Origin: Minisyncoccota bacterium
GTDB lineage: Bacteria > Patescibacteriota > Minisyncoccia > Phycocordibacterales > UBA918
Assembly: GCA_041389045.1 (NCBI GenBank)
Contig: JAWKSQ010000001.1
Location: forward strand, 75,063-139,062
Direction: 5' to 3'
Length of the DNA: 64,000 bases
The translations under genes were made by a program, and so were the position numbers. How positions within the stretch are numbered: position 1 is the first letter of the stretch; each line of letters begins with the position of its first letter. Shown piece by piece: positions 1 to 8,644 of this stretch. The notes under the pieces are model-generated. The model saw only the letters and a list, made by a program, of their open reading frames with translations. It did not search any database and had not been told where the DNA came from.

Positions 1-76
1 TTTGAGATATAAACAAGCTTTAGTCTAAACCTCACCTGAAAGTGGCCTGGCGACAATCTGCTATACTCATAGCTAT

Positions 77-559
77 ATGGCGCATCAAAATTACTACCTA
101 GACCTTTGTATAGAAGCTTTTATTGTAAATAACGGGGCAGTTTTACTTCGACTTCATGAAAAATATAATATCTGGACTGGTCCCGGTGGCCATTTGGACC
201 CAGGTGAAGATTCTAACGAGGGAGTGAAACGGGAAATTTGGGAAGAGGTTGGTCTTGAGGTTGATTTGGTAGGACCAACTGGCTGGACCAAGATGGATAC
301 TAAGACAAATCTTGACTTAGTTCCGCCCATCTACGTCAATCGACACAAGATTAATGATGTTCATGACCATTCTTGCTTTATTTTTGTGGCAGTTTCTAAA
401 TCGAGAGAAGTAGCACCCCAAACTGAAGCCGATATGGGAGTAGAGTGTATTTGGGTAGACCAAAAGCAACTAGATGACATGCACAATAACGACCCTCGTT
501 TTAGAGAGGAAGTCTATCGTTACGCTACAACGGCTTTAAAGTTGGCCTCGGCTGTTTAG
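77..559 (+). CDS. NUDIX hydrolase
   Basis: 160-aa ORF with a canonical Nudix box GHLDPGEDSNEGVKREIWEEVGL (Gx5Ex7REUxEExGU). Confidence 0.85.
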   Translation: MAHQNYYLDLCIEAFIVNNGAVLLRLHEKYNIWTGPGGHLDPGEDSNEGVKREIWEEVGLEVDLVGPTGWTKMDTKTNLDLVPPIYVNRHKINDVHDHSCFIFVAVSKSREVAPQTEADMGVECIWVDQKQLDDMHNNDPRFREEVYRYATTALKLASAV

Positions 560-561
560 TT

Positions 562-846
562 TTAAAAATCTCCGTCTACCATCTCACCAACCACCAACTG
601 GCAACCTCTAGTACCAACCACGGCTGAATAGGGGGTCTGGGGCGGAATATTAAATCTGTCACCTGGTACTAGATTTTTTACTTGTTTGGAAAGAGTAATT
701 TCAAAAGATCCTTCAGTGACAAAAATACTGACCCGATCTTTATGTTCAATTTCTTCATAAATAGCTCCCGGAGCATCTTGATGCTCATAAACATAAGTAA
801 AACCTTCTTTTTCTAGAGTTTGAATACAGCGTTCTGATAGTTCCAT
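562..846 (-). CDS. small cupin-like protein, function unknown
   Basis: 94-aa ORF convergent with the NUDIX gene. It is a short beta-rich protein. The family call rests on weak pattern recall only. Confidence 0.35.
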   Translation of the reverse strand: MELSERCIQTLEKEGFTYVYEHQDAPGAIYEEIEHKDRVSIFVTEGSFEITLSKQVKNLVPGDRFNIPPQTPYSAVVGTRGCQLVVGEMVDGDF

Positions 847-902
847 GGTGGTATTGTAGCAAATTAAAAATGATCATTTATAAATTTTGTTATAATTAAT
901 TC

Positions 903-1544
903 ATGAAAATCACTAAAATTGGACATTGTTGTTTACTAATCGAGATTGAAGGGAAGCGAATTTTAACCGATCCAGGTAAACTCACCACCGCCCAAAATAC
1001 TCTTTCTAACATTGATTTAATTCTAATCACACACGAACATAGTGACCATCTACACACAGAGTCACTAGTAGAGATCCTACGTCTTAATCCAGAAGCAAAA
1101 GTAGTTACCAACTCCAGTGTTGGAAAGGTACTGAGTGAACTAAATATGACTCACACAATTCTGGAGGGGAATGATGAGGAAGTTGTTCTCGGTATTCTCC
1201 TTGAAGCCTTTGACGGCCCGCACGCCGAAATATATGAAAATTTTGGGCAAGTGCAAAATACTGGCTACTTCATTGCCGAAAAACTATTTTACCCAGGGGA
1301 CTCATACATCAAACCCGGGAAGAACGTCCCAGTACTAGCCCTACCTGTCTCTGGACCCTGGTGCAAATCGTCAGATGCCATTACTTATGCGCTCCAGGTA
1401 AAGCCGGAGAAGGCTTTTCCGGTGCATGACGGTCTCCTTAATGAAAACGGAATCATGGTGACTCATGGTGTATTTGAGAAAAATCTAGCTGACAATGGTA
1501 TAGAATTTGTAAGAATGGTGGAAGGAGAGACTAAGGGTTTTTAA
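903..1544 (+). CDS. MBL-fold metallo-hydrolase
   Basis: 213-aa ORF with the HxHxDH metal-binding motif (ITHEHSDHL) and a later conserved His/Asp (PVHDG). Confidence 0.8.
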   Translation: MKITKIGHCCLLIEIEGKRILTDPGKLTTAQNTLSNIDLILITHEHSDHLHTESLVEILRLNPEAKVVTNSSVGKVLSELNMTHTILEGNDEEVVLGILLEAFDGPHAEIYENFGQVQNTGYFIAEKLFYPGDSYIKPGKNVPVLALPVSGPWCKSSDAITYALQVKPEKAFPVHDGLLNENGIMVTHGVFEKNLADNGIEFVRMVEGETKGF

Positions 1545-1558
1545 AATACTTTATTTAT

Positions 1559-2065
1559 ATGAAATGGATTGGTATCAGCGGGAGCTGGAAATTGACGAAC
1601 GACACTGTCGAGAACGACGTTCGGGCATACGTGAAGGAAGTTATAAATAGAGGCGACGGAATTGTCTCGGGTGGAGCACTTGGAGTAGACTTTTTTGCGG
1701 TTGACGAGGCTTTGAAATACGACCCTAAGGCTTCTAGAATTAAGATTTTTATTGCTTCTTCGCTAGAGAATTATATTTCTCACTATAGAAAACGAGCCGG
1801 GGAAGGAGTGATAACTAGAGGGTTGGCCGAAGGCTTAATTAGCCAATTGTCATATTTGAAGAAAGCCAATCCCGAAGCACTAGTGGAGAATCTGGAAAAT
1901 GAGATTCTTAATACTAAAGCGTATTATGAACGCATTACCCAAATCGTGGCTTTCTCTGACGAACTAGCGGCTTTCCAGGTAAATGATAGCGAAGGGACAC
2001 AGGACACTATAAACAAGGCTAAGTTAAAAGGTATACCAGTTTTCCATAAGAAGTATTCTTTGTAG
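1559..2065 (+). CDS. SLOG/DprA-like Rossmann-fold protein, function unknown
   Basis: 168-aa ORF. An N-terminal strand plus the glycine-rich GGALGVD motif is reminiscent of DprA/LOG-type nucleotide-binding domains. Confidence 0.35.
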   Translation: MKWIGISGSWKLTNDTVENDVRAYVKEVINRGDGIVSGGALGVDFFAVDEALKYDPKASRIKIFIASSLENYISHYRKRAGEGVITRGLAEGLISQLSYLKKANPEALVENLENEILNTKAYYERITQIVAFSDELAAFQVNDSEGTQDTINKAKLKGIPVFHKKYSL

Positions 2066-2117
2066 GGACGATTAAAAATCCTACAAAGTAATTGCAATTT
2101 TTTGCTATAATTTCAGG

Positions 2118-3038
2118 ATGAAAAAGACAGTTGTCACGGCTGGGGCGAAGAATGCTGATATAGATGTCCTGGGTTGCGTTGTTGCCTACGCTGAGCTTTT
2201 ACGGCTAGAAGGGGTAGAGTCGGTGCCGGTGGTGCCAGGGAAATTTACTATGAGTGTCACGCCTTCCATACTAAGTTTGGGTTTTATTTATGAAAATGAT
2301 TATCAAAGTGACGGTGAGGAAAACTTTGTCTTGGTAGACATCTCTGACTATGAACATTTTCCTGACTTTGTTGACTTAGGTAATGTAACTGAGGTTTATG
2401 ACCACCGCTATGGTCACGAAGAATATTGGCGGGAAAAGCTTGGTAGCGATTCGCATATAGAAATAGTTGGTGCCTGCGGCACGCTCATTTGGGAGCAGTT
2501 TAAAAAGCGAGGGAAGGCAGGAGAAATAAGTGTAACTTCGGCAACATTGCTACTCGCTTCTATTGTATCCAACAATTTAAACTTTAAATCCACCATTACG
2601 ACCGAGCGTGACAAAATTGCTTTTGCTGAACTAAAGGAAATCGTGAAAGTCCCAGACAATTGGGTAGAAGAGTATTTTGCTGAGCAGGAAAGTATTTTAC
2701 TTGGAAATTTTGAGGAATATTTGGTAGCTGACACTAAGGTTTTCAGACTAAATACTGAGAATTTCGCCATTGGACAAATTGAGCTTTGGGATGCTGAAAA
2801 AGTTATTGAAACTAAGATTAATACAATTGAGAAAGTGATGGGAGTCTACGAACCAATTCCTTGGGTTGTAAACATAATTAACATTTCCAAGGGCTTTAAC
2901 TATATCTATTCATCTAATGAAGGAGGGAAAGGGGTAATAGAAAAATGTCTTGGGGTGACTTTTTCTAATGATTTAGCGAAGACTGACGGGTTGGTACTAA
3001 GGAAGCAGTTAATGAAGGTAATAAAGGGTGGTAAGTAG
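2118..3038 (+). CDS. DHH/DHHA2 phosphoesterase, family-II inorganic pyrophosphatase-like
   Basis: 306-aa ORF with DHH-family motifs in the expected order: NADIDVLG (DxD), VLVDISD, YDHRYGH (DHH-like), then a C-terminal DHHA2-like region. Confidence 0.55.
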   Translation: MKKTVVTAGAKNADIDVLGCVVAYAELLRLEGVESVPVVPGKFTMSVTPSILSLGFIYENDYQSDGEENFVLVDISDYEHFPDFVDLGNVTEVYDHRYGHEEYWREKLGSDSHIEIVGACGTLIWEQFKKRGKAGEISVTSATLLLASIVSNNLNFKSTITTERDKIAFAELKEIVKVPDNWVEEYFAEQESILLGNFEEYLVADTKVFRLNTENFAIGQIELWDAEKVIETKINTIEKVMGVYEPIPWVVNIINISKGFNYIYSSNEGGKGVIEKCLGVTFSNDLAKTDGLVLRKQLMKVIKGGK

Positions 3039-3092
3039 AAATATCTAATTTAAAGCTACTGAACTAGCTCAATCGGGCTTCGAGTCCTTGGG

Positions 3093-3139
3093 CCTGAAAT
3101 ACAAAAAGCCGGCTGTTCGCCGACTCTTTGTATTTCAGG
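3093..3139. terminator. long hairpin between convergent DHH gene and tRNA-Arg
   Basis: cctgaaatacaaaaagccggc / gccgactctttgtatttcagg forms a stem of about 21 bp with 2 mismatches and a 5-nt loop. Confidence 0.55.
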
Positions 3140-3212
3140 TGCACCCGGAGGGACTCGAACCCCCAACCCTCTGATCCGAAGTCAGATGCTCTATCCGTTG
3201 AGCCACGGGTGC
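3140..3212 (-). tRNA. tRNA-Arg (anticodon TCG)
   Basis: 73-nt cloverleaf read by hand. The acceptor stem is GCACCCG/CGGGTGC. The anticodon stem is TCTGA/TCAGA with loop CTTCGGA. The T-arm is GGGGG-TTCGAGT-CCCTC. The discriminator A is followed by CC then T, so a full CCA is not encoded. Confidence 0.9.
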
Positions 3213-3228
3213 GGTAACGAGCAGTCTA

Positions 3229-3906
3229 CTATTGTTTAATGTAAAACTCAACCAACATTTTTTGCCAAAAGCGCATCTTGTTTAGTAGCGCCTTACTAGA
3301 ACGAACTTCAATCCGAAGACAGCCTCGGTAATCAGGTCGCTTTTTAACACCCAACCCTGAAGGTTTTATAACTGTACTTAAAAACTGATCTGGATGTACT
3401 TGTAATTTTTTAATCCACCAATCATCACACGCTTCAGACTGATACGGTTTGTGTATGTACAAACGAAATCGTAAATCCTTTTTTGCTATATCAGCAAACA
3501 TAATCAACCAAAGCATCATTACTTGTTGCATTTCCGCGTCAGAATTCATAAATTGCCACTGATTTGTCCGCTTGCCACCCTCTGCCCAATATAGATTTAT
3601 TCCAGCGTGAAAAAATGGATCATGCTGATATTTCTTAAACAATTCTCTTGCCTCGATTAGCTGATCTTTTTCCCTTATCAAGCGCTTACTGCGTAATATG
3701 CCAGCGACTTTAATTCGACCGTGGCTAATGCGAGAATTTTTCCTACTCTTTAAAGCTAATTTTTCTTTTTTAGTTAAAGGTAAATCTTTTAGCCACAGTG
3801 ACAGGGAACTTTTCGCTACTGGCACCATTTCTTTAATTTCAGTATAGGTATAACCCTTCTGTCGTAAAGCTATAGCTTTAGCTTTTTGGTGTACTAGAGC
3901 TTTCAT
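3229..3906 (-). CDS. HTH-domain protein, possibly LAGLIDADG-like endonuclease relative; function unknown
   Basis: 225-aa ORF next to the tRNA. It has an N-terminal resolvase/IS-type HTH-like segment (GYTYTEIKEMVPVAKSSLSLWLK). The central NLYWAEGGK resembles a single LAGLIDADG-type motif. There is no confident family assignment. Confidence 0.35.
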   Translation of the reverse strand: MKALVHQKAKAIALRQKGYTYTEIKEMVPVAKSSLSLWLKDLPLTKKEKLALKSRKNSRISHGRIKVAGILRSKRLIREKDQLIEARELFKKYQHDPFFHAGINLYWAEGGKRTNQWQFMNSDAEMQQVMMLWLIMFADIAKKDLRFRLYIHKPYQSEACDDWWIKKLQVHPDQFLSTVIKPSGLGVKKRPDYRGCLRIEVRSSKALLNKMRFWQKMLVEFYIKQ

Positions 3907-3989
3907 TCATATAACCTAACATATAGGTTCGAATGTAACCAACTCAATTATGTACAATTCATTAAAGAAACATACAATGATTAATAATT

Positions 3990-5462
3990 ATGATTGACTC
4001 GACTAAGATTCCGCTTTTCGTTAGGGAAGTGAGCGCCAGCCTGGAAAAAGCTGGTTTTGAAGCCTATTTAGTGGGTGGCTGTGTTCGCGACCTAGTATTG
4101 GGACGAACACCCAAAGACTGGGATTTCACTACTTCAGCTCACCCGGATCAAATTCAATCTTTATTTTCAGACAGTTTTGTAACAACGACTTCGGTACCGT
4201 CGGAGTAAAAAATAGTGATGAAGAAACTGAAGAAAGCCTACGAGTCATTGAAGTTACTCCTTATCGAAGCGAAGGCCTGTACAGCGACGCCCGCCGTCCA
4301 GACAGTGTGACTTTTGGCGTCACCCTTGAAGAAGACTTAGCCAGACGTGATTTCACTGTTAACGCTCTCGCCTTTAGGCTTGCTGATGGAAAAATGGTTG
4401 ATTTATTTGACGGGATCAAAGATTTACAGGCCAAAAAACTGAAAGCCGTTGGCGATCCTAACGAACGTTTCGCTGAAGATGCCCTTAGAATGATGCGAGC
4501 CATCAGACTGGCGGCCGAGCTCGACTTTGTGATTGAGGCCGAAACAATGGATGGGATTATTAAAAACGCTTCTTTACTCAAAAAGATTGCCATCGAAAGA
4601 GTTAATGTCGAGTTTGTACGCTTGATAGATTCCAAAGCACCCATGCAAGGTATCATTTTCCTTGAAAAACTAGGTTTGCTCCAAAGTATTATTCCTGAAC
4701 TTAGAGAGGGAATTGATTGCGAACAAGGTGGGATTCACGCTTTTGATGTCTTTGAACACAATCTACGCACTCTCCAAGCGGCAGCGGATAAGAATTATTC
4801 TACTGAAATACGCTTAGCCGGCTTACTACATGACATTGGTAAACCAGCCACCAGAAGAACCGGGGGAAAGAACAAGCACTACACTTTCTTTGGACACGAG
4901 GTGGTAGGAGCCAGAATGGCTAAAAAAATCCTTGAAAGACTTAAATTTCCACGCGAAACTATTGATCAAGTCGAAAAATTGGTTCGTTGGCACATGTTTT
5001 CTCAGACCCAGACGAAATTACTCTAGCAGCGGTCCGGCGTACCATCGTGCGGATAGGGAGGACAATATCGAAGACCTACTAAATCTACGGGTTTGTGACC
5101 GTATTGGTACTGGGAGGCCTAAAGAGCAACCCTTCCGCTTCCGCCAATATAAAGCCATGGTGGATGAAGCTTTACGCGACCCAATTTCTGTCAAACTTCT
5201 CAAAATAAATGGGGATAAGATTATGGAAATGTCTGGGGAAAAACCGGGGAAAAGACTAGGATATGTACTGAATGCACTGTTGGAAGAGGTGTTGACAGAC
5301 CCGGGGAAAAACACCGAAGAATACCTAAAAACAAGGGTATTTGAGTTACTTGAATTGAATGATTCGGAGCTTCAGACCTTGGCTGAAGCAGGGAAGGTAA
5401 AACAAGCAGAAGAAGAAGCTGCTGCGCTAAAAGAAATCGCTAGGGAACATAAGGTGGGGTAG
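3990..5462 (+). pseudogene. cca: CCA-adding enzyme (tRNA nucleotidyltransferase + HD domain), reading frame broken three times
   Basis: ORF fragments 3990-4208 (frame 0), 4307-5026 (frame 2) and 4932-5462 (frame 0) together give a full-length protein. It has a Pol-beta-type nucleotidyltransferase (GGCVRDLVLGRTPKDWDF, RRDFTVNALA) and an HD domain (LLHDIGK...FFGHE). Continuity is restored by adding 1 nt in the T-runs near 4161-4178 and 4997-5000 and in the G-run 5056-5058. Confidence 0.8.
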
Positions 5463-5484
5463 CCAAATCGCCCTTATTAATTAG

Positions 5485-5517
5485 AAAACCGCGAGAGCTT
5501 GTGGCTACGCGGTTTTT
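5485..5517 (+). terminator. rho-independent terminator after cca
   Basis: aaaaccgcg ... cgcggttttt: a GC stem followed by a T-run. Confidence 0.6.
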
Positions 5518-5562
5518 CTTGCCAACATGATGCTGGTAGGAACAAATGCTTGGTGGTCGGGT

Positions 5563-6015
5563 CTAATCTCTCGTCACCCAAATTAACACCAGATTAAAGA
5601 TTGCAATAACTGCGCCAATAAGAGCTGTGATTAGCAAAGAAATTACTAGAATACCTGGCAATACCCAAGGTCCATAGTGATTTGTGATCCACATCCCTCC
5701 TGGTGAGGTGTACCAGACAGCAAACACGCCTCCCAAGATTGCTACAAAAATCATAGCGGAAATTGCCACAAAATCTCTGAAAGCCTCACGAATGATGATT
5801 ACGCTATAGCCAACAAATTTGTTCAGTATTTGAACCGTACACCATAGTGTTACATACATAACCAAACAAAAGGTAGCAAAAAGTGGTGCCGTCAACTGAC
5901 CAAACTGCAACCAATTAGTCGGAACACCAAACGGAGACTGTGCAAGCAAGATAAATCCTGCTCCCAGAACTGTGACAGGTGACATTAGTGCCACCAAAGA
6001 ACCTGGAAAAAACAT
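5563..6015 (-). CDS. small polytopic membrane protein, unknown function
   Basis: 150-aa ORF with about four hydrophobic helices and no recognisable family. Confidence 0.5.
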   Translation of the reverse strand: MFFPGSLVALMSPVTVLGAGFILLAQSPFGVPTNWLQFGQLTAPLFATFCLVMYVTLWCTVQILNKFVGYSVIIIREAFRDFVAISAMIFVAILGGVFAVWYTSPGGMWITNHYGPWVLPGILVISLLITALIGAVIAIFNLVLIWVTRD

Positions 6016-6222
6016 GAGGGTACCTCCCGTTTATTCAACAACCTTAATCATAGACCTCTTAGCATGTATATGTAAAGAATTATTAACTAACAGTTATGTA
6101 ATAGTTATGCATATTAAATGCCTAACAATAAAAAGGTCCTTATTTATAAGCTTATTACATTAAAACGTAACCAATTCCATCTCTCGAACTAAAATTATTA
6201 GTTTCAGTTTATGGACAGTTAG

Positions 6223-6346
6223 TTCGTCCAGCACTTTCTTCTCGGATTGAAGAAAGTGGGACATAATTATGTATCAAAATATTGGACCTATGGTTAAGTT
6301 GAGTCATTTCGTCCAGCGATTTTCCTTCCGGGGAAAAATCGGGACA
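6223..6346. ncRNA. two tandem copies of a structured motif (TTCGTCCAGC - hairpin - GGGAC)
   Basis: Copy 1 (6223-6263) has stem ACTTTCTTC/GAAGAAAGT. Copy 2 (6308-6346) has stem GATTTTCC/GGAAAATC. The flanks are identical and the stems differ completely but still pair, which is covariation. Strand is undetermined. Confidence 0.3.
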
Positions 6347-6474
6347 CCTATTTACTTCATTAAAAAAGACAACGTTTGAGCCGACAAAATGTGACACATT
6401 CTCGTTATGGTCTCGAATGTTTCTACATTTTCCTGTCTAAGTTCACAATAATCGCTGACGCTCATTTGTTCACT

Positions 6475-6540
6475 TATAAAAAAGGCCTGGGGGAATCGAT
6501 AGCGAATGTGGAGATTCGCTGCCGGTTCCCTCAGGCCTTT
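6475..6540 (-). terminator. long two-tier hairpin followed by T6 on the minus strand
   Basis: aaaggcctg(a/g)gggaa...ttccc(c/t)caggccttt encloses agcgaat/attcgct. The A6 at 6478-6483 reads as a T-run on the minus strand. Confidence 0.45.
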
Positions 6541-6914
6541 CGTTAGGTCGAGCTTTATATTGTTCGGGGTATATAACCCCAGTTGGCGTCATTATCTGAC
6601 TAACCAAGACCAAAGCTCTACGTTGTTTTAGAGAAATAAATTTCGCTTGGACATTCCTTCGGAACCTTCCGTTTGCTCCGACTGCGCGTCTAAGGATACT
6701 TCTCTGTGGGTGGGTTGTTGTTATGAACTTAGATATTGGAGGTAATATCGTTGTGTTTTAAAGGATCTCTTTAAGGGGTACCTCCAGGGTTCTTTCTTGA
6801 ATGTTTCAAGAGAGAACTCTGGAGATGCCTGCTCGCCCTTTCTGGGCCTACATGTATCTTATGTCCTTTATAGTTTTGTGTAAAGGACATCATGTGAGTA
6901 ACTGTGAATAACTC

Positions 6915-6952
6915 AAACTTGTTTGTCCTTTATAAAGGACAAACAAGTTTTT
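6915..6952 (+). terminator. perfect palindromic hairpin + T-run
   Basis: aaacttgtttgtccttta/taaaggacaaacaagttt is followed by ttttataaattttt. No plus-strand CDS lies upstream. Confidence 0.55.
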
Positions 6953-7066
6953 ATAAATTTTTATAGTGAATTTACACTTATTTAAAGCCGTATAATTAGT
7001 ACTAACTGACTACTATTGACAAAATCGAGAAGTGTATTGTTTTGATGTTGTAACTCTTGATTAGTT

Positions 7067-7867
7067 TTAGAAATCTATTGACGTAAGCTCAACAGAAACC
7101 GGACAGTGATCGCTACCAAAATCATCTGGGTGGACAGAAGCTTTTTTAATGATAGAAGTAAGCGAGTCTGAGACCATGACATAGTCTATCCGCCATCCAA
7201 CATTTCTTTCCCTAGCGGCACCGAAGTGTGACCACCAAGTGTAGTTACCTCCAGTTTTGTTAAACTGGCGAAACGTGTCGACAAACCCAGCTTCAAGCAT
7301 TTTATCTATTCCTTCTCTCTCTTCTCTGGTAAACCCTTTCTTCCCTTCGTTCTCTTTTGGTCGTGCTAAATCAAGTTCGGTATGTGCCACATTGAAGTCC
7401 CCACAAAAAATTACTGGTTTCTGTTTTTGTAGTGAAACCATGTACTCAAGATAAGCTGGATCCCACTCTGTTCGCATTGGTATCCGAGAGAGATCATCTT
7501 TAGCGTTTGGCGTATAGACCGTACTAATGAAAAAATGCTCAAATTCAAGGGTTAAAACCCGTCCTTCCTTGGTTGTGTCGCCGTATTTATCGTTTAAAAC
7601 GTGCTTTTTAGTGATTTTCTCTGGAATACCATAAAAAATGGCTTCTGGTTCATGTTTGGTAAATATTGCCGTTCCAGAATAACCTTTTTTCTCGGCGGAA
7701 TGCCAATATGATTCATATTCTGGGAAATCTAGCTCCACCTGGTCTTGGTTGGCCTTGGTTTCTTGTAAACAAAGAACATCCGGCTGATGTTTGGCAATAA
7801 ACCTTTGTAAATCACCCTTTTTAAGGACAGCCCTAATACCATTAACGTTCCACGAAAAGATTTTCAT
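7067..7867 (-). CDS. xth: exodeoxyribonuclease III
   Basis: 266-aa ORF with SWNVNGIRA, LCLQETK and a C-terminal SDHCPV, the hallmarks of the EEP-fold AP endonuclease / exonuclease III. Confidence 0.9.
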   Translation of the reverse strand: MKIFSWNVNGIRAVLKKGDLQRFIAKHQPDVLCLQETKANQDQVELDFPEYESYWHSAEKKGYSGTAIFTKHEPEAIFYGIPEKITKKHVLNDKYGDTTKEGRVLTLEFEHFFISTVYTPNAKDDLSRIPMRTEWDPAYLEYMVSLQKQKPVIFCGDFNVAHTELDLARPKENEGKKGFTREEREGIDKMLEAGFVDTFRQFNKTGGNYTWWSHFGAARERNVGWRIDYVMVSDSLTSIIKKASVHPDDFGSDHCPVSVELTSIDF

Positions 7868-7983
7868 ATTTGTATATGATAACTATACTTATATTAGATA
7901 CTGATAACAAGTTTTAAATTGCATATTTATATGGAACTTGTATAGTAAAATCTGGCCCAACAACCTTCTTAAAGGAGAGCGTC

Positions 7984-8430
7984 ATGTACCTGGACTTTAT
8001 CCTTAATGTTATGTTCTTCGTTTTGGTTGCATTCTTCATTGGCATTTACCTCGGTGACATTCATTGCTGGCTCGCTGGTGCTCTGGGGCAAGGGAAGTAT
8101 CGTGATTACTGGCTAAGGCAAAGTCCTTTGGTCGCATTTTTCTTTCTGATCTTTGGCACAATCTTGCTTTTACCCTTCATGATTCAATACCTGCTCAAGT
8201 TCATTGAAGATGTCTTGGCTTACGTCAGCCTGCTTTTTGGGCTTATTGGAGAATATATCCGCTACTTAGGAGAAGAGTTCTTGAAATTCAAACTAACTAA
8301 TCCATTGCAGTCGCTGGCGAAGTTTTCCCTGCTGGGAATTGGCTACATTTTTATCAGCCTAAGCGTTTTGGTTATTACAACAGCCGGACTGATTACCAAA
8401 CTTACTAGCCGAAGAGTAGGTGTCGCTTGA
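7984..8430 (+). CDS. membrane protein, unknown function
   Basis: 148-aa hydrophobic ORF. AAGGAG lies 7 nt upstream of the ATG. Confidence 0.5.
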   Translation: MYLDFILNVMFFVLVAFFIGIYLGDIHCWLAGALGQGKYRDYWLRQSPLVAFFFLIFGTILLLPFMIQYLLKFIEDVLAYVSLLFGLIGEYIRYLGEEFLKFKLTNPLQSLAKFSLLGIGYIFISLSVLVITTAGLITKLTSRRVGVA

Positions 8431-8480
8431 GGGATCGCCGAGCAGGAACATCTAGGGACTTATTTCGTCCTTGGGAATAA

Positions 8481-8508
8481 CGGCCAGAAGCTTTGCTTCT
8501 GGCCGTTT
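8481..8508 (+). terminator. rho-independent terminator
   Basis: cggccagaag-cttt-gcttctggccg followed by ttt. Confidence 0.55.
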
Positions 8509-8644
8509 GATATTAAAAAGTTGTGTTCATACATATATTATATGAATACGCTGAAATATCTTGGACCGGGAAATCAGGCTTGCACTCTAAAACAGAAGTA
8601 ATACACTATATAGAAGCTTAATCTTAAAAGATAAATAATAAAAT

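Noticed and set aside
2414-2770. Antisense 'shadow' ORFs inside well-supported genes. Examples are 2414-2770, 4261-4656, 5018-5314, 10546-10842, 11601-11807, 17551-17757, 18563-18868, 19009-19413, 25197-25643, 25953-26282, 34160-34531, 35203-35568, 54707-55024 and 58961-59413.
   Set aside because: Each lies opposite a gene with clear family motifs. They have Ser/Leu/Arg-rich low-complexity composition typical of antisense translation, and they lack plausible start contexts.
3071-3092. tRNA-like fragment (gggcttcgagtccttgggcc resembles a T-arm).
   Set aside because: There is no complementary T-stem, no acceptor stem and no anticodon arm around it. The resemblance is probably chance.
3990-5462. 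Programmed ribosomal frameshifting or recoding as the explanation of the frame breaks in cca, dnaA, pilB and the T4SS genes.
   Set aside because: There are too many events. They occur in gene families with no known recoding and in both +1 and -1 directions. They lack slippery-heptamer and stimulator architecture. All sit at simple mononucleotide runs, which is the signature of sequencing error.
6209-6397. 62-aa minus-strand ORF in the 6.2-kb intergenic region.
   Set aside because: It is built almost entirely from the two hairpin motifs (6223-6346). No ribosome-binding site is evident, and a structured-RNA explanation fits better.
6200-6955. RNase P RNA, tmRNA, SRP RNA or 6S RNA in the ORF-free regions 6200-6955 and 49480-49770.
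   Set aside because: I looked on both strands for several hallmarks: GAGGAAAGTCC / ACAGAA..GGCTTA (RNase P P4), a tRNA-like T-arm with a CCA end and an ..ALAA-type tag frame (tmRNA), and GGAA-tetraloop / AGCAGCC (SRP). None was present convincingly. A covariance-model scan is still needed.
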